Below are positions 36,801 to 50,400 of a stretch of DNA of 64,000 nt, piece by piece (position 1 is the first letter of the stretch; every line of letters starts with the position of its first letter). The stretch comes from Anthoceros angustus. Its lineage: Eukaryota > Plantae > Anthocerotophyta. A program made the translations under genes and the position numbers. The stretch lies in contig MU008201.1 in assembly GCA_010909165.1 (NCBI GenBank), positions 372,001-436,000 on the forward strand, written 5' to 3'. The notes beneath the pieces are model-generated. The model made no database searches. It saw nothing but the letters and a program-made list of their open reading frames with translations, and had not been told where the DNA came from.

Positions 36801-38050
36801 TCGATAAGCTCTCCTCATGTGGACGGATGCAATCCGCAAAACTTCTCAAGAGATACGTAAGAAATGACACTGTCTGCAAGAGGACATAGCAAACAGTGAG
36901 TTTTCCATCCTGCCCAGACAACATCAAGAGAAGAAGGCACGATTTGTCAACACTGTGAGCCAACCTTGACTTGAGCCCCTTTCAACTCTGCAAAAGTGTT
37001 CTTGAGGTTGGGTGCCACTTGCTGCGGCCCAGTGATTGAAATCGCCGTGACCATCAAAGGCAATAAGACTGGTATGTTCACCTGGACATAACGGGGATAT
37101 AGCTGGAAGAGGAACATAACAATCAGGGGGCACTCCGTGACAACTTTGAAAGAGCGGGAGCTTGGATTCAGCTGCCCTGGTATGGGTCCCCCAGGCTGCG
37201 ATCTCTGAGCACCCATGAACCCCATATTGTGCTGTGAAGCAGCAAGCTGCTCCGCACCACCTGCATCCTCAAAGAAGTAACCAACTGTATTCTTGAAGTT
37301 CTGATAGATCTGCAGCCATAAATGGAACAAGCACACCAGACAATGTAATAAGCATCAACTTCTAGGGTTTTCCAGCCCACCTCACAGCATAGAGAAGTCA
37401 GCCAGTGGCCCACTCTTCAACCAGCTTCTACCCAAGCAAGCCACAAGCTCGTGCAGCCAAGACAAAGAACACAAGCAGGTCAGTGAAAACCAAAACGGAA
37501 AAACCTCACCTTGCAGACGAACTCCAAAAAGGGCTGCACTTCCGGCTCCAAGGCGGGTCGAAAATTCTTATGCAGATCAAAGATAATCCGCAGACAAATA
37601 AGGCCATTCTCTTCATTATCATTAGTGAGCACGTGCATGGACAGCTTGAGCAAGTCCTGAACAAACGGCCTGATGACCTCGCTGTGCGGCAGCCGGTTGA
37701 GAATCTCAATGACCACATTTCTAAGCTTGTGCTCCACACTGTCAGTGGTCTGAGGCTTGGTAAGCTGAGTGAGAAGCGTGGAGAAGACTCTGAAATAGCT
37801 CTTCAGAAAATTCAAGTACTCGGAAGTGTGCACAATCTCGATGCTGTCCCGCACTTCGGTGGCCAATTGGAGCCGACTTTGCATAGCTGCCAGCAGTCGA
37901 GTCAAGACAAACAAGGTTTCGCAAAACACACACATAACCTCCAAAAACTCTCAATTCATTCCAGCACAGACCACCAGCATGGGAAGGGATACGCAGGTCG
38001 GCTTCCAGGAATTTCCTGGCATGTAGGTCGAAATTAGCTATGGGAATCAT
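21822..38050 (-). CDS. TRA1: Transcription-associated protein 1 / TRRAP (PIKK pseudokinase of SAGA and NuA4), many short introns
   Basis: N-terminus [52 protein letters not shown]. Further motifs: [24 protein letters not shown] domain (LQQWWQLP), PI3K-like domain with [11 protein letters not shown] and VPFRLTRN, and FATC end [10 protein letters not shown] (TAG at 21822-21824). Confidence 0.97.
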
Positions 38051-38521
38051 TTTGCACAATTCCGATCGCGCTGCTTGTCCGCGAGGTAGCCGCTCCCGGA
38101 CGCCACCAAGCTAGCTTGCTGCTGAGAGCTTGGATTATGCACCGGCACCAACTGTGGGCTTGTGCTCAGGCTCCTCGTTCGTACAGTCGGCAGACTGGGT
38201 GCGAAGGCGACTCAGCTTGCTCCTGCGCCTCCTGGAGGCCGCCGCCATCCTCCCTCTCTCCTCTTCTTTGTGCTGATTGTAGGCCAACAAGCCCACAGCA
38301 GCTTGCCTTCGCCCGAGGCCAGAAGGCCCATGCGAGGGAACCGGGGACTTATACCTTAGCCTTTGCACAATTTGTGTAAGCGAATCCTATGACGCTTCCG
38401 CAAAATCATGTGCGCCGCGTCCATAACCCAATTCCTTTTTTACGCTTTTACAAAATGGAAGTCTTTCCACGGCACCCTCTTGTTATGCCTATATAGGTCG
38501 TGTTGAAAAGAATTTGAAGAC

Positions 38522-39043
38522 TTTATTATGAAAAAGAGATTGAGAAAACCCAATCTATACCCAAGAGAAGGGGAACAACCTTATGAGGGCACCAAACCAT
38601 GGGGACTAGTCCTTGTTGTCGCCAATCTTGTAATTGCCTATTGTGCCAAGGATATCAAAATCGGGAATGTAAAAGGGCCTATCCACCACTGGTGCCAAGA
38701 AAACCTACCGCCTCAAGGCCACATAGCCCCCATACACCGCTTTGGCCAATGCCTGCTGCAGGGCGATGGACACTCGTTGCCTGTAGAAAGCCACAATAAA
38801 TGAAAGAGGGAGGCCAACCCCATTCCTGCGATTGTGGTACTCCCTGGCACAAGTCTTAAGGAACCTAGAAAAGGCCTTGGCCATGGCCCCATGGATTTCG
38901 ATGGCGAGGGGGATGAAGGTGTGCTCCTGCTGCATAGGAGAGTACTTACAAATCTTCACCGTGGCACATTCCTCAGCCACCCTTCCCAAAGGATTGAGGA
39001 TCTCATGCTCACTAACGGAATCCCGAGTAGGGTCAGTGACAAC
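38522..39043 (-). mobile_element. 3' part (RLE endonuclease and 3' UTR) of a second CRE-like non-LTR element
   Basis: VTDPTRD..KICKY..FIPLAIEIHG..FYRQRVSIALQQA. The 3' UTR resembles that of the 19.6-21.0 kb copy and ends in AATAAA. Confidence 0.85.
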
Positions 39044-39659
39044 TGTGGGCTATGCACTTCCCTGGGGGAGTTAAGAAATAAGTAGGGTTTCTGTTTTTTT
39101 TTAGGATTGAAGGATAAATAAGGCGGAAAAGGAGGAATAAATTGGGGTAGCGCCGGACGAGGCTCGGAGTATACTGGACTGAGTGAACAACGGACCATTA
39201 CCACTATGGCAAGCTCCGACACCGAGTAACGGATAAGTCCGGAACCCACCCAGTGTCAAAATAGGATAAGTACGCCAGGAAAGTAACCTAGGAGCGAGGC
39301 GTGAGGATGACGAGGCGGCGCCACGTGGACGGCCCCGAGTGGAGGTCGGGCATGCAGAGGTCAGACTGTGCTGAGGCCGCAGTATTCACGCCCGCGCGCG
39401 GCGTAAGGCCGCAGTAAGCGTAGGGTCGAGTAAGCCATGCACTCGCGCTACGGACAACGAAGAGGCGCCTTCCGCCCAGCTACTTCCACAAGCGCCAAGG
39501 AGGGAGGTCAGCCGCAGCCTCCGCATATCCTCATCCCCTTGCGCCCGCAATCCGCTCGCCTTTTCGCCTGGGCCACCAGAGCGCGCATGAAGGTTGGAGC
39601 AACGCGCGGAGGAACATCGTGCCGACTGCCAGTACAAAGAACAAGAGGAGGAGAAAGCA

Positions 39660-42600
39660 ATGGCACCCAAAAGCCGACGAAGTCTGGGAGCCATGGACCG
39701 TGGAGCGCAACATTGTGACCCGCGCTATCCGGACTTCGGGCCCCGGCCGGAGGAAGCAGGGAATTGGTGCGGAGTGGCATCCGGACGTGTTCCAAATGGT
39801 CTCGGACCTTTGACAACGCTACTCTAGTCCGGAGTTTGCCCGAAGATGCGGCGATCAACAAGGAGGTCCGATCCAAGAACCTCCGGAGGACCCGAGGCGA
39901 TGGACCTTGAGGTCCCGAGGATGGCCTACAACCGCCCAAGGAGGAAGAAGGGGCGTGGTGCCGAGCCCCTTAAGGCGAAGGGAAGATAGGGCCGCCACGC
40001 CGCGGCCGAGGCTCGAACGCAGCGACAACCAACGGATGGTTGATATCCGATCCGCCGATACCGAGTAAGGGCGGTAGCCCGATCATTGTCCATTGAACTC
40101 GCCACCAAGGTGGATCACCTTGGTGATAACCTGGTATTCTCGCATGCGCCCATGGGAAGAGCGGACTGGGAAGGATTATCTTCGCCTGCGGGCCAGAGGC
40201 ACGCAAGCTAAGGAGCGAGAAGCCTCGCCATCGGGCCGACCCCATACCGATTCATGTATGGGGACATTTCGAGCCCTCAAGGAGGGAGAGCTTGAGCGGC
40301 GCCGGGGGCCGGAGGCCCCGCTGTGTAGAGCGTGCAAGGGCGCCTGAGGTGGGGGTCGCCCTTCAAGACCAAGCGACTGGAGGAGGACGATCGAGGATTC
40401 CTGACTCCATACGTCTGAGCGAACCCCTCACCACCTGTGGAAGTTTGGGAGGCGATTCCCCTTCCTCCTTTTGGTGCCCTCCGAGCACGGAGGAGCCGAT
40501 GCCGGAGGGCGCTGGGCGCACCAAGACACCAACAACCACGACGGCCGCCGAGCCCCGACGAACTGAGCCAAGAGGCGGAAGACGGTGCCGCTTACCAACG
40601 CAAAGACCTCGAAGGTGCCAGACTTACCCCCGCCACGAGTGGCAAGAGGTCAAGAGGCGGTAAGGAGGGCGAAGGGACGTGGCCCAAGGAGCAGGAGGTC
40701 ACCGCGCAGCCCCACCTCGAGCCGGCCCCTGCCCCCGACGAAGGGGCAAAAGAGCTTGCTCCCGACCCCCTCACCTCCTCCGAGCCCTGTGAGAAAGAGG
40801 GCACAAAGGAGTTAGAGGCCAAGAGGCCAAGAGGGTGAGACTCGGACCTCACCACTCAGACCCGAGGGTCCCGATTAGGTCCGAGAACCCACCGACTTAC
40901 TCGGATCATGGTATGGAGGTCCTGGCGGATCGAGAAATGCCGGCCCCACTACGGACTTTGTGGGGCCTCACTGGCCGTGGAAGAAACACGGCGAGTCCTG
41001 CTACATGGACGGAATGCTTTGGGGTCTCGTGGTACAATGAGAAGACCTGTGAAGTGGAGGCCACCCGAGGAGGATGGTGGAACCCAAGAGCAAGTGAAGG
41101 CGGCCGAGGGGCAAAGGAAAGGCGGAGTCCTCGCCGGATCGAGGAAGGGAAACGCCGGTGGCGGAGCGCGAGGCCCGGCGTTCAGCAGATGGTTAAGGTT
41201 CTTCACCAACACCGGGCAAGCCTGGGGAGGCCCAAGCGGCGGAGGACCTTGCAGTAAGAGGGAAGCGCAGCAGAGGCGGAAGAGGCCCGGCACAAGCAGA
41301 GAGCTCGGGACTGGCGGGCGGAGGCGGCCAGAGGCCAAGTGGGCGAGGCCTGCAAAGGCGGCGAAGGAGCTCAAGCCGCAAAGAGCGACCGGATCACCAT
41401 GACGTGATCGGAACCGTGGAGAGAGTCACAGACCGAGGCTAACTCAAGGCCGCAAAGTGCGCCATGGAGCGGAGGGGGATGACTGGGAGATAGGGGATCT
41501 CCGAGTACACCGCAGGAGGTAGAGGAGAGGCGCAGATGGAGGATGAAGGACACGCTGGAGCTACAACCCAAGATGCGCTTGAGCAGCAGTGATTCTCAAC
41601 GAGAGAATCCACGACCGAGCACGAAACAGAGCCGGCTCCACTACGGACTTTGTGGGGCCTCACCGCCGTGGAAGAAACACGGCGAAGTCCTGCTACCGCC
41701 ATGGACGGAATGCTTTGGGGTCTCGTGGTACTGGAGAAGACCTGTGAAGTGGAGGCCACCCGAGGAGGATGGTGGAACCCAAGAGCAAGTGAAGGCGCCG
41801 AGGGGCAAAGGAAAGGCGGAGTCCCTCGCCGGATCGAGGAAACGCCGGTGGCGGAGCCGAGATCGGGTTAAGGTTCTTCACCGTATCACTGGGCAAGCTC
41901 AGAGGCCTGGGGCGGAGGACCTTGCAGCGAAGAGGGAAGCGCAGCAGAGGCTAAGAGAGGCAGAGAGCTCGACCGGGAGGCGGCCAGAGCCAAGTGGGCG
42001 AGGCCTGCAAAGGCGAAGGAGCTCAAGTCACAAAGAGCGACCGGATCACCATGACGTGATCGAACCGTGGAGAGAGTCACAGAAATGAGTAACCTGGCCG
42101 CGACAAAGGGCTATGGAGCAGAGGCCAAGACTGGGAGATAGGGATCTCCGAGTACGCAGGAGGTAGAGGGAGGCGGCAGCAGATGGAGGAAGAAGGACAC
42201 CGGAGCTACAACCCAAGATGCGCTTGAGCAGTGATTCTCAACGAGAGAATCCACGACGAGCAGAGTGCCCCGGCCCGCCTCAAGACGGAGGAAAATCGCG
42301 ACTATCCAAGGAGTTGGACGCTGCTGTATGAGCCGGAGGAAGTCCGAGCCTGGACGGAGGTATCACCGGAGAGGGAGTCATGAGCTAAAGGCCGTAATGA
42401 ACGGAGGAGCGAGCACCGGAAGGTAAAAGAAGCCGCCGGTCCACCGAGAAAGGCGGAAGGGAACGCCGCGCTATGGCGGTAAGCGGCAATGGAAAGGAAA
42501 CGACGGAGCCGGAGCAAGTGAGCAATGGCAACGCAGGAGGTGACCGAGGCCGCCTTGTAGCCTCATGATACGGCCCCACCACAACTGGCAGAGAGGTGGC

Positions 42601-43030
42601 CCAACAAGCCGGCAAAGACGCCCTTTTAACACTTATGGCGAGGGAGTATCGGGTCCCGCACACGTGGAAGAGGCAATTCCAACAAGTCGATCTGACTTTG
42701 CCTATTACCACGCCGAGCTCCTAAGGCGAGAAGCCTCGACTCACGAAACGGACGGACCGGAAGGCTCGGAGATGAAGGCCACGGGACAAAGACAGGACCC
42801 TAGTGGCCCCTGCTTGAGATGACGGAGCGCGGAGAGGAGCAACCGGGAGGCGAACGAGGGAGCGCATGCGATCGAGGTAAGCACCCCGCACCTCACCATG
42901 GAAGGAGGGGCCAACGAAGGAGTCACCGGGCGATCGGGAGGACTTCGAGGAGAGCCACTGAGGAGTCCCGTGAGGGAGGAAACCCGGAGTGAGTCCGACT
43001 TTGTCCGGACCTAGGGGAGGACTCAAGTCC
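39660..43030 (+). pseudogene. Frameshifted accessory ORF inside the LTR (second copy from 52510)
   Basis: ATG at 39660 (MAPKSRR). Protein-like blocks occur in both LTRs (WEPWTVERNIV, WHPDVFQMVSTFDNAT, NGWLISDPPIRVRAVARIIVH, KVDHLGDNLLVFSH), followed by a long E/K/R-rich region. The end coordinate is approximate. Confidence 0.5.
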
Positions 43031-43160
43031 GGACTTAATAAGTCCGGACCTCAAGTCCGGACCCCAATAAGTCCGACCAAGTCCGGACCGACAACCGGAC
43101 CCGAGGTCCGGACCCCGAGACAAGGTCGGACCCCAGCCGGGCCGGACTGAATAAGCCGAC
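43000..43160. repeat. Array of (AA)GTCCGGAC motifs in the LTR (also at 55190-55300)
   Basis: Repeated palindromic GTCCGGAC cores are visible in both LTRs. Confidence 0.85.
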
Positions 43161-44116
43161 TCAAGTTCGTGAGTCGAGAGGACCGAGGACCGGCAAGAAG
43201 GGAGGAGCCCCTTCGACTTACGCTTAGGGGAGCCGATAGCCGGTGGCCCCACCGCCAAGGAGAGGAGGCCAGGAGGATGACGCGGTAACGCTGTCGACCG
43301 CCGAGCCCAACCCGGCTGTGATTCCGGGAGAGGAGGGGCCCCTCACGGATCATCCGATTGGGTGCACCACAACCGCTGTGACGGGGATTGACCACCCATT
43401 CCGAGGCGGCTCAGACCTTCCCACACATGGCGAAGGAGATAGGGGGAAATAGGGTAGGCGGCCGATTAGGTATACCGAAATGCACGTAATAGGGGTGTAA
43501 TAAAGACGCCACCTTGGGCGCAGATAAGAGGGGCCGAGGCGCCTAGTAAAGCATCTTTCTTGGTGTTGATGCCGCTGCTGCACCTTTGTGAGTCTTCTTG
43601 CTAACGTGAGTCCCGAGTCACCGGTGCACATACCCGGGAGATTGATCAAGGTCCCGTGACGACTTAACGCGCTGTGGTGTGTGTGGAAGGGTGATCGTGA
43701 TCCGGCTCGTCCGAGCCGCGTCCGACCCAACGACTGAACGCGTGAGCCGGAGGAACTCCGGGAGGGCGTGTAGAGCCCGGACGGAGAGGCCCGGCGGAAC
43801 GACGGAGGAGGTCCGGATCACAACCCGCGTTTTTCTAAGACTGAAGAGTGTAGCGTGAGAGGAGAGAGGAAAGGACTGGATGCGTGAGGATGTATGTGAA
43901 CGATACGGACGCGAACGGGTCCCTAAACGCTTGGCCATACCGGCTCAGACGAACGCGAGTAGTTAGGAGTATGTGTTGAGACCGAACGAGCGCTAAGGAC
44001 TAAGAATCACCAAACGCGTAAACGGGCCTATCATTCCCTTTGGGAACGGACTTCTTCCTACAACGACACGGGATTGTGCGCGCCCGGCTGGCCATCAGCA
44101 AAAGTCCGCCACATTT

Positions 44117-44134
44117 TGGCGCCGTTGCCGGGGA
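44117..44134 (+). promoter_or_regulatory. Primer-binding site complementary to the 3' end of tRNA-Asp
   Basis: TGGCGCCGTTGCCGGGGA, three nt after the LTR-terminal CA; the typical Athila-type PBS. Confidence 0.85.
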
Positions 44135-44409
44135 ATGAAATCGGTCTGTGGTGCTGCAAAGTGCGTCCTTAGGAAGAGAAGGTAAGTGAATGCGTGGCGG
44201 TCGAGCGACGGTCAAGAGTGAACCGTCAGGAGGATCGGACGTGGTCACCTCGCGTGCTCTCCGAGCCAGGGAGAGAGAGAGACGTCAAACCCAACGAGAG
44301 AGCACCGTCGATCAGAGGAGGGAGAACGTGGTCGAATTGTCGGACCAAGACGAGTACGGGGTACGAGGGACGCCAACGGAAGAAGGTAGGATGCCCCACG
44401 CCTAACCCA

Positions 44410-47400
44410 TCGATGGCGCAGCCATGGCCCCTACCTCGACCAAACAAGCGACTCCATATTCGGAGGAAGAAGGAGCGGATGCGAGACCTTTGTGGAGGAC
44501 TTCGTGTCCAAAGCCAACTTCAACGGAGAGGGAGCCGACGCGCCTCATCCAGCTTTTCCAAGGGGTTCTCCGAGGACAACCGCTCAATGGTATCGGAGAA
44601 AGTACCGACCACCGGAGAATGCCCCACCCGCCTGCTTGAAGCTTTGAAAATGCCTTCTTAGAACGGTTTCGAGGATCACCAGAGGGGTATGTATTATCAA
44701 AGTTGGAAAATCAAGCGAGGAAGAAGGAGAAGCCGGGCTCAGACATCGAGCGTTCTATGCCCCGAGGGATCGATCCAACCCATACCACGATGCAAGCGAC
44801 GGTGGGGGGCCGCCTAGCCAAACCCATACTGTGCACGCCCCGCCGAGAAGGACGTGGGCAAGGCGAGCCGAAAACTACGAGGAATCGCTACATCGAGGAT
44901 AAAGAACCGCTCAAGGAGGCAAGAAGAAGAAGAAGAAACGGGTTCACTCGAGGAGGAAGAGTCTTGAGGAGGAGGAAGACCAATGAGGTGTCTTCTGAGG
45001 AGGAGCGTCCTCAAGAAGAGACGGAGGTCTCTAGCGAGGAAGAGTATCCCGCAAGAAGAAGAGCAAGAAGGCCCCGCTAAAAAGAAGGTGGTAAGAAGGA
45101 GGTGGTGACACCAAGATCGGTCCGAGAAGCTCGGACCCGACTCCCTCAAAGGAGGTAGCAGTCCGGAGGACCGGAAAAGTGATAAAGAGAGTAGAGGACC
45201 GCGATAAACTGTGTTAAGGACCGAGAGCGCGGAAAACACCGACTACGGCGAACGCATCTGTGTGCCGAATACACCATTCGAAGTCCAACCGCCTCAAGGC
45301 CGCATCAAGTGGACTACGAATACGAGGAGGAGGCCGAGGAGCAATGGGAAGAGGCCTATCGTGCATGTGAAGCCCTCCGGGCCGCGATATCCCAAAACCA
45401 TGTATCCGCCAACCGGAGGTCCGTCAATACAACGGGCCCCACCGATGCAAAGACCGCATGGGAGCCCTTCGTATCCTCCGACGGCCGTGGTCTCTGGAAC
45501 CGCGAATCTCGCCATTACTCCAACGCTGTCCGCACTCAACGAGGTGGTAATGGGGACTTCGAGCAGCATCGCAAGCGTGGCATATGTGCAAGACGCTATG
45601 TCCCAACCCCGCAAGGGGCGATACGATATGCCACACCAAGCGGAGAACCCCGACCACCAACGCCACCTCCTAAGACCGGACCGACGGCAAGTCAAGATGC
45701 TGGGCTGGTGGGAAGAGATTCCGAGGTACGCGAGATGGAAAAGAACAAGAAGGTACGGGGTGTCGAAGGAAGGGAGTCAGTGGAAAATCTTGAGGTGTCA
45801 TCAGAGTCAAGGAAGGAGCGACGAGAAAGGCGCCATTGAAGAAGAACAAGATCGAGGAAGCGCCACGACGCCGAGGAAGGCAATCAAACGGAAATACCAG
45901 CAGAGGATCCGACCGATGAAGGAGGGCTGGACGGCAGCCTCACGAGGGATTACCCAAGGAAGTTCTCCGCAGATGTGGAGAAGGAACGGTGCCTCCCGCG
46001 ACGGCCGACGTTAGCTTCCACGGACGTAGTCCGGAGGTGACCGAGATGTTGCAGGAGGAAATGCGCAAGCATCCGGAGAATACCGTAACACGTGACCGGG
46101 AGAGGATGAGGACGCAGCAGCAGGATCCTCGATTGGGGTAGAAGCCCGCCTTTAATGTGGCGACCGATGATGAATCGCCAAGACTGTGTCCTTTCGACCG
46201 CCGAGGATAACCCAAATACCGGAGGTCCGCCGGGCCGTTAGGGAAACCCACGGAGCACCAAAGCCGTGAAGGGTAGGCTGGAAGTGAGGGTGGTGTCCCA
46301 TACGACCTGGGGCCAAAGGGTACAAGTGGAGATTGGATGTATCATCAAGGATGTACCGCTGACACGGGTCCGAGTCAACCTCATCACCGCCAGACGAAAA
46401 TTGGGCTTCACATCCTTCAACCTCAACGAAGACTCGAGAATGGCGTATATGTCAAGAAGAGATCCGCGGGAGTTAACCGAGTCTTGGCCACCATAGCCGC
46501 ACCCTACAAACCGGATTTTGTTGTGATCAAACCGCCGGACCATTAGGGTATGAGGTGTCATGGCCATGGTCGGGTTGGCCTGCAAAAGCTACACTTTGGA
46601 AGGAAGGAGATTCACTTCAAGCCGGTGGACTGGGACCCTAAGGTGCGAGAAGGAGGGTTGCTATCACCGGAGCAAGGACACCTATTGTGGGAAGCGTGAG
46701 CACTACCAAGGGTATACCTCATGAGGAGGACTCCAGCGACGAACAAGATAGTTCCGAGGAGGCGACTTTCGCCAAGATCCGCCGGGTCCGAGGAGGAGAT
46801 GGACTACATGGATGCCTTTGGCGGAAGTGGTTGATTGTTTTGAGTAAACGCCACAACGGGCCGGAGGAAGGAAGTGAAGAGGAGGTCGGACCAAAGACAA
46901 GGGGAGACAAGAGTCGGACCAAGGAAAAGCGGACATCAAGGAGTAACACGATTCACCTCCGACGAGCTCTTCAGAGAATGGGGATGCGAGAGGACGATCC
47001 CGAGGAGGACGAGGGGTTTGACGCAGCGAGGCAAAGACGGAACGGGAGACGGTGAACCCGGACGACGACGGAAGAAGTGGAGGTCCGCCAGCAAATTCTC
47101 AAGTTTAAGAAAGGCATGCCTCCGGACCAAGGAAGGACTAAAGCACTGGGGAGTTTTATGAGGTGTTCGCCTTCAAGGTCACGGACATGAAGGGCATTCA
47201 AGAAGTGGGAGAGCATAAGATCGATTTGAAGCCGTGAGCGTGCCATCAATCCGACAATACAAGCTCAACCCCAAGTATTCGATCAAGGTGAAGGAGGTCC
47301 TTGATAAGTACCGGAGGCAGACATCATTTTCCCCATCGTCAATGAGTGGGTCACGATTGTGGTGGTTCCCAAGAAACAGACAAATTCGGTATGCCAAGAT

Positions 47401-50400
47401 TGAGGAAGCTCAACGCGAGAAGAAGGACCACTTCCGATGCCATTCAGACGACATTTTGGACAAGGTGGACGGACTACTTACTCCTTCCTCGGATGGCTAC
47501 TCCGGATATAACCAATTGCACCTAAGGGAGTTTGACCGACAAGACGACCTTCACTACGAGTGGGGTACGCTTGCCTACAAGAGAAGTGCCTTTGGGATGA
47601 CCGAGCGCTGTGGTCGCTCATGCGTATGGTGACCAACGCCTTCCGTGACTTCGAGGGACTTCATGGAGATATTCCCGGATGATTTTGTGTGCATGGGGAG
47701 CAGGACAAACACCTTGGGCATCTAAGAAGGTGCTTGAGCGCCGGAGACTCCAATTGAGCCTACACCCGAGAAATGCTACTTTGGAATGACGGAGGGAATC
47801 TTGACATCGTGTCCATGGAATCGAGGTGGACCAGACAAGGTCCGGTCATCCGCCTCCACCACGAACCTAAAGGAGCCGAGAGGTTTCGAATGGTGGGATA
47901 CTACACCGGTTTATTAAGGACTTTAAGAGGGCTAAGTTGATGTAACCATCGGAAGGAGGAGGTTTGGACCGGCCGTGAGCGAGAGGAGGCCTTCGGATTT
48001 ACGTAACACCTTGGTAAGCGCACGGTTCTAAGAGGACCGGACCGAGGAAATTTCATGTGTATGTAGATGTCCGCTGCTATCGGAGTAGTGCCGAGCCGAA
48101 GGACGACAAGCGGATTATCCCGTATACTACCGGACGATGTACCACCCACGCGAACGAAAATACACAACTACAGAGCGAAGCACCGGGTATGGTATATGTC
48201 CAAGAAATTCGACACTACCTACTACCCAAAGGAGTTTGTGTTCTATGTAGACCACTTTGCTCAAGCATCCGTGAATAAGACGGACTGTCCGGACGGATAG
48301 CAAGGTGGATATTGTTGCCGCAGGAGTTCACGTCAAGTGGAAACAAGACAAGGGAGGCAAGACCAAAATGCATTTCGCCACGATTGAAAACAGAAAGGTG
48401 TTGAGAGATCGTGAAGATGCGCTCCGGATGAGACATTGGTTGCCGCAGAAAAGTACAACCGGAGGAGCCCACCGACCGAACCCCAAGCTACGAGAACGGC
48501 ACTTAGTTGAGAAGGGAGGGTCTGGCCGTCCGACCCACGAAGAAATAGAGCGGTACCTGGGAATGGAGCTCAAAATCACTGTGGAGAGGAGGCATTCGTG
48601 CACTATGCTCGACCCTTCGTAATGTACAACGGTGTGTGTTCAAATTAGGGCGGAGTAGAACGAAGGTACTTGCAACCGGCAGAGGAGCGCTGGGAATGCA
48701 CGAAGGATTGGGGGTGGACACTACGCAAAGACAGTCACCACCAAAAGATTTTGAAGCGGATACCGTGGCCAACAATGTATGGGGACACCCACCGCTTAGA
48801 AGAAGTGTGATGCTTGTCGGATCGGAAAGCCAACCCCGACGACACAAAGGGCCGCTAGTACCGATATTGGCACCGCACCTTCAAAAGTGGGGTATTGACT
48901 TTGTTGGACCTATACACCACGACAAGACACACACAAAGGAGATACATCCCGTGGCAACGACCATCGCACTGTGGGTAGAGGCGACAAGAACGGACTCCGC
49001 AAATACCGCGGGCCAAATTCTGACGAGAACATCATAACCCGACGGATGTGTCCGCTATCGGAGTAGTGCCGAGCCGAAGGACGACAAGCGCGGATTATCC
49101 CGATACTACTACCGAGTACCACCCACGCTGAACGAAAATACACAACTACAGAAGGCCAAGCAATGGTATATGTCAAGAAATTCGACACTACCTACTACCC
49201 AAAGGAGTTTGTGTTCTATGTAGACCACCAAGCATCCGGTGAATAAGACGGACCGTCTGACGGATAGCAAGGTGGATATTGTTGCCGCAGGAGTTCACGC
49301 TCAAGTGGAAACAAGACAAGGGAGGCAAGACCAAAATGCATTTTCGTCACGATTGAAAACAGAAAAGTGTGTGTTGAGAGATCGTGAAGATGCTCCTGGA
49401 TGAGACATTGGTTGCCGCAGAAAAGTACAACCGAGGAGCCCAGACCGAACCCCAAGCTACGAGAACTGCATTTTAGGGAAGGGAGGGTCTCCGTCCGTCC
49501 GACCTACGAAGAAATAGAGCGCACTGGGAATGGAGCTTCCCAAAATCGACTCGTGGAGGGAGGCATTCGCACTATGCTCTTCGTAATGTACAACGGGTGT
49601 GTGTTCAAATTAGGGCCTGACGGAGTAGAACGAAGGTACTTGCAACCGCAGAGATGGAGCTCGCCAAGGGAATGCACGAAGGATTGGGGGTGGACACTAC
49701 GCAAAGACAGTCACCACCAAAAGATTTTGAAGCGGATACCGTGGCCAACAATGTATGGGGACACCCACCGCTTAGAAGAAGTGTGATGCTTGTCGGATCG
49801 GAAAGCCAACCCCGACAAGGGCCGCTAGTACCGATATTGGCACCGCACCTTCAAAAGTGGGGTATTGACTTTGTTGGACCTATACACACGACAAGACACA
49901 CACAAAGGAGATACATCCCGTGGCAACGACCATCGCACTGTGGGTAGAGGCGGACAAGAACGGACTCGCAAATACCGTGGCCAAATTCGACGAGAACATC
50001 ATAACCCGATGATGTCCGCCGCAGCTTGGTAAGTGATAGGGGAACCCATTTCCTTAATGATGTGGTGGCCGCCATGACGGAGTATTTCGCATCAATCATC
50101 GCAAGACGGCACCCTACAATCCTAAGGCCAATGGGTCGACAGAAGACAAATGGGCTCATCTGGGATCTGAATAAACTCACAAGAACTACTACGCCCATGG
50201 GATACCAAGTCGCCATCCGCACTGTATGCCCGACAGCAGAAGGTGACCACACAACGGACCCCTTACTTGACCTACGACACTCTCCGTAATGCCGAGAGTT
50301 TGAAGTGCCCACTTTTCGAGTAATGATGGAAGGAGACCGACAAGAGGAAAGCCACCGAGCGACTCTTGGGGTTCAGCATAGAGGACAGTGGAAGAAGCTC

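Larger units (their letters stand above)
39044..44113 (+). repeat. 5' LTR (~5.07 kb, including a ~0.65-kb internal tandem duplication)
   Basis: Begins TGTGGGCTATGCAC and ends ..AAAGTCCGCCACA just before the PBS. Colinear with 51945-56235. Confidence 0.9.

Noticed and set aside
2109-38050. Functional clustering of the TBP-like gene with TRA1 (SAGA delivers TBP)
   Set aside because: They are 19 kb apart with unrelated genes between, and nothing beyond proximity links them.
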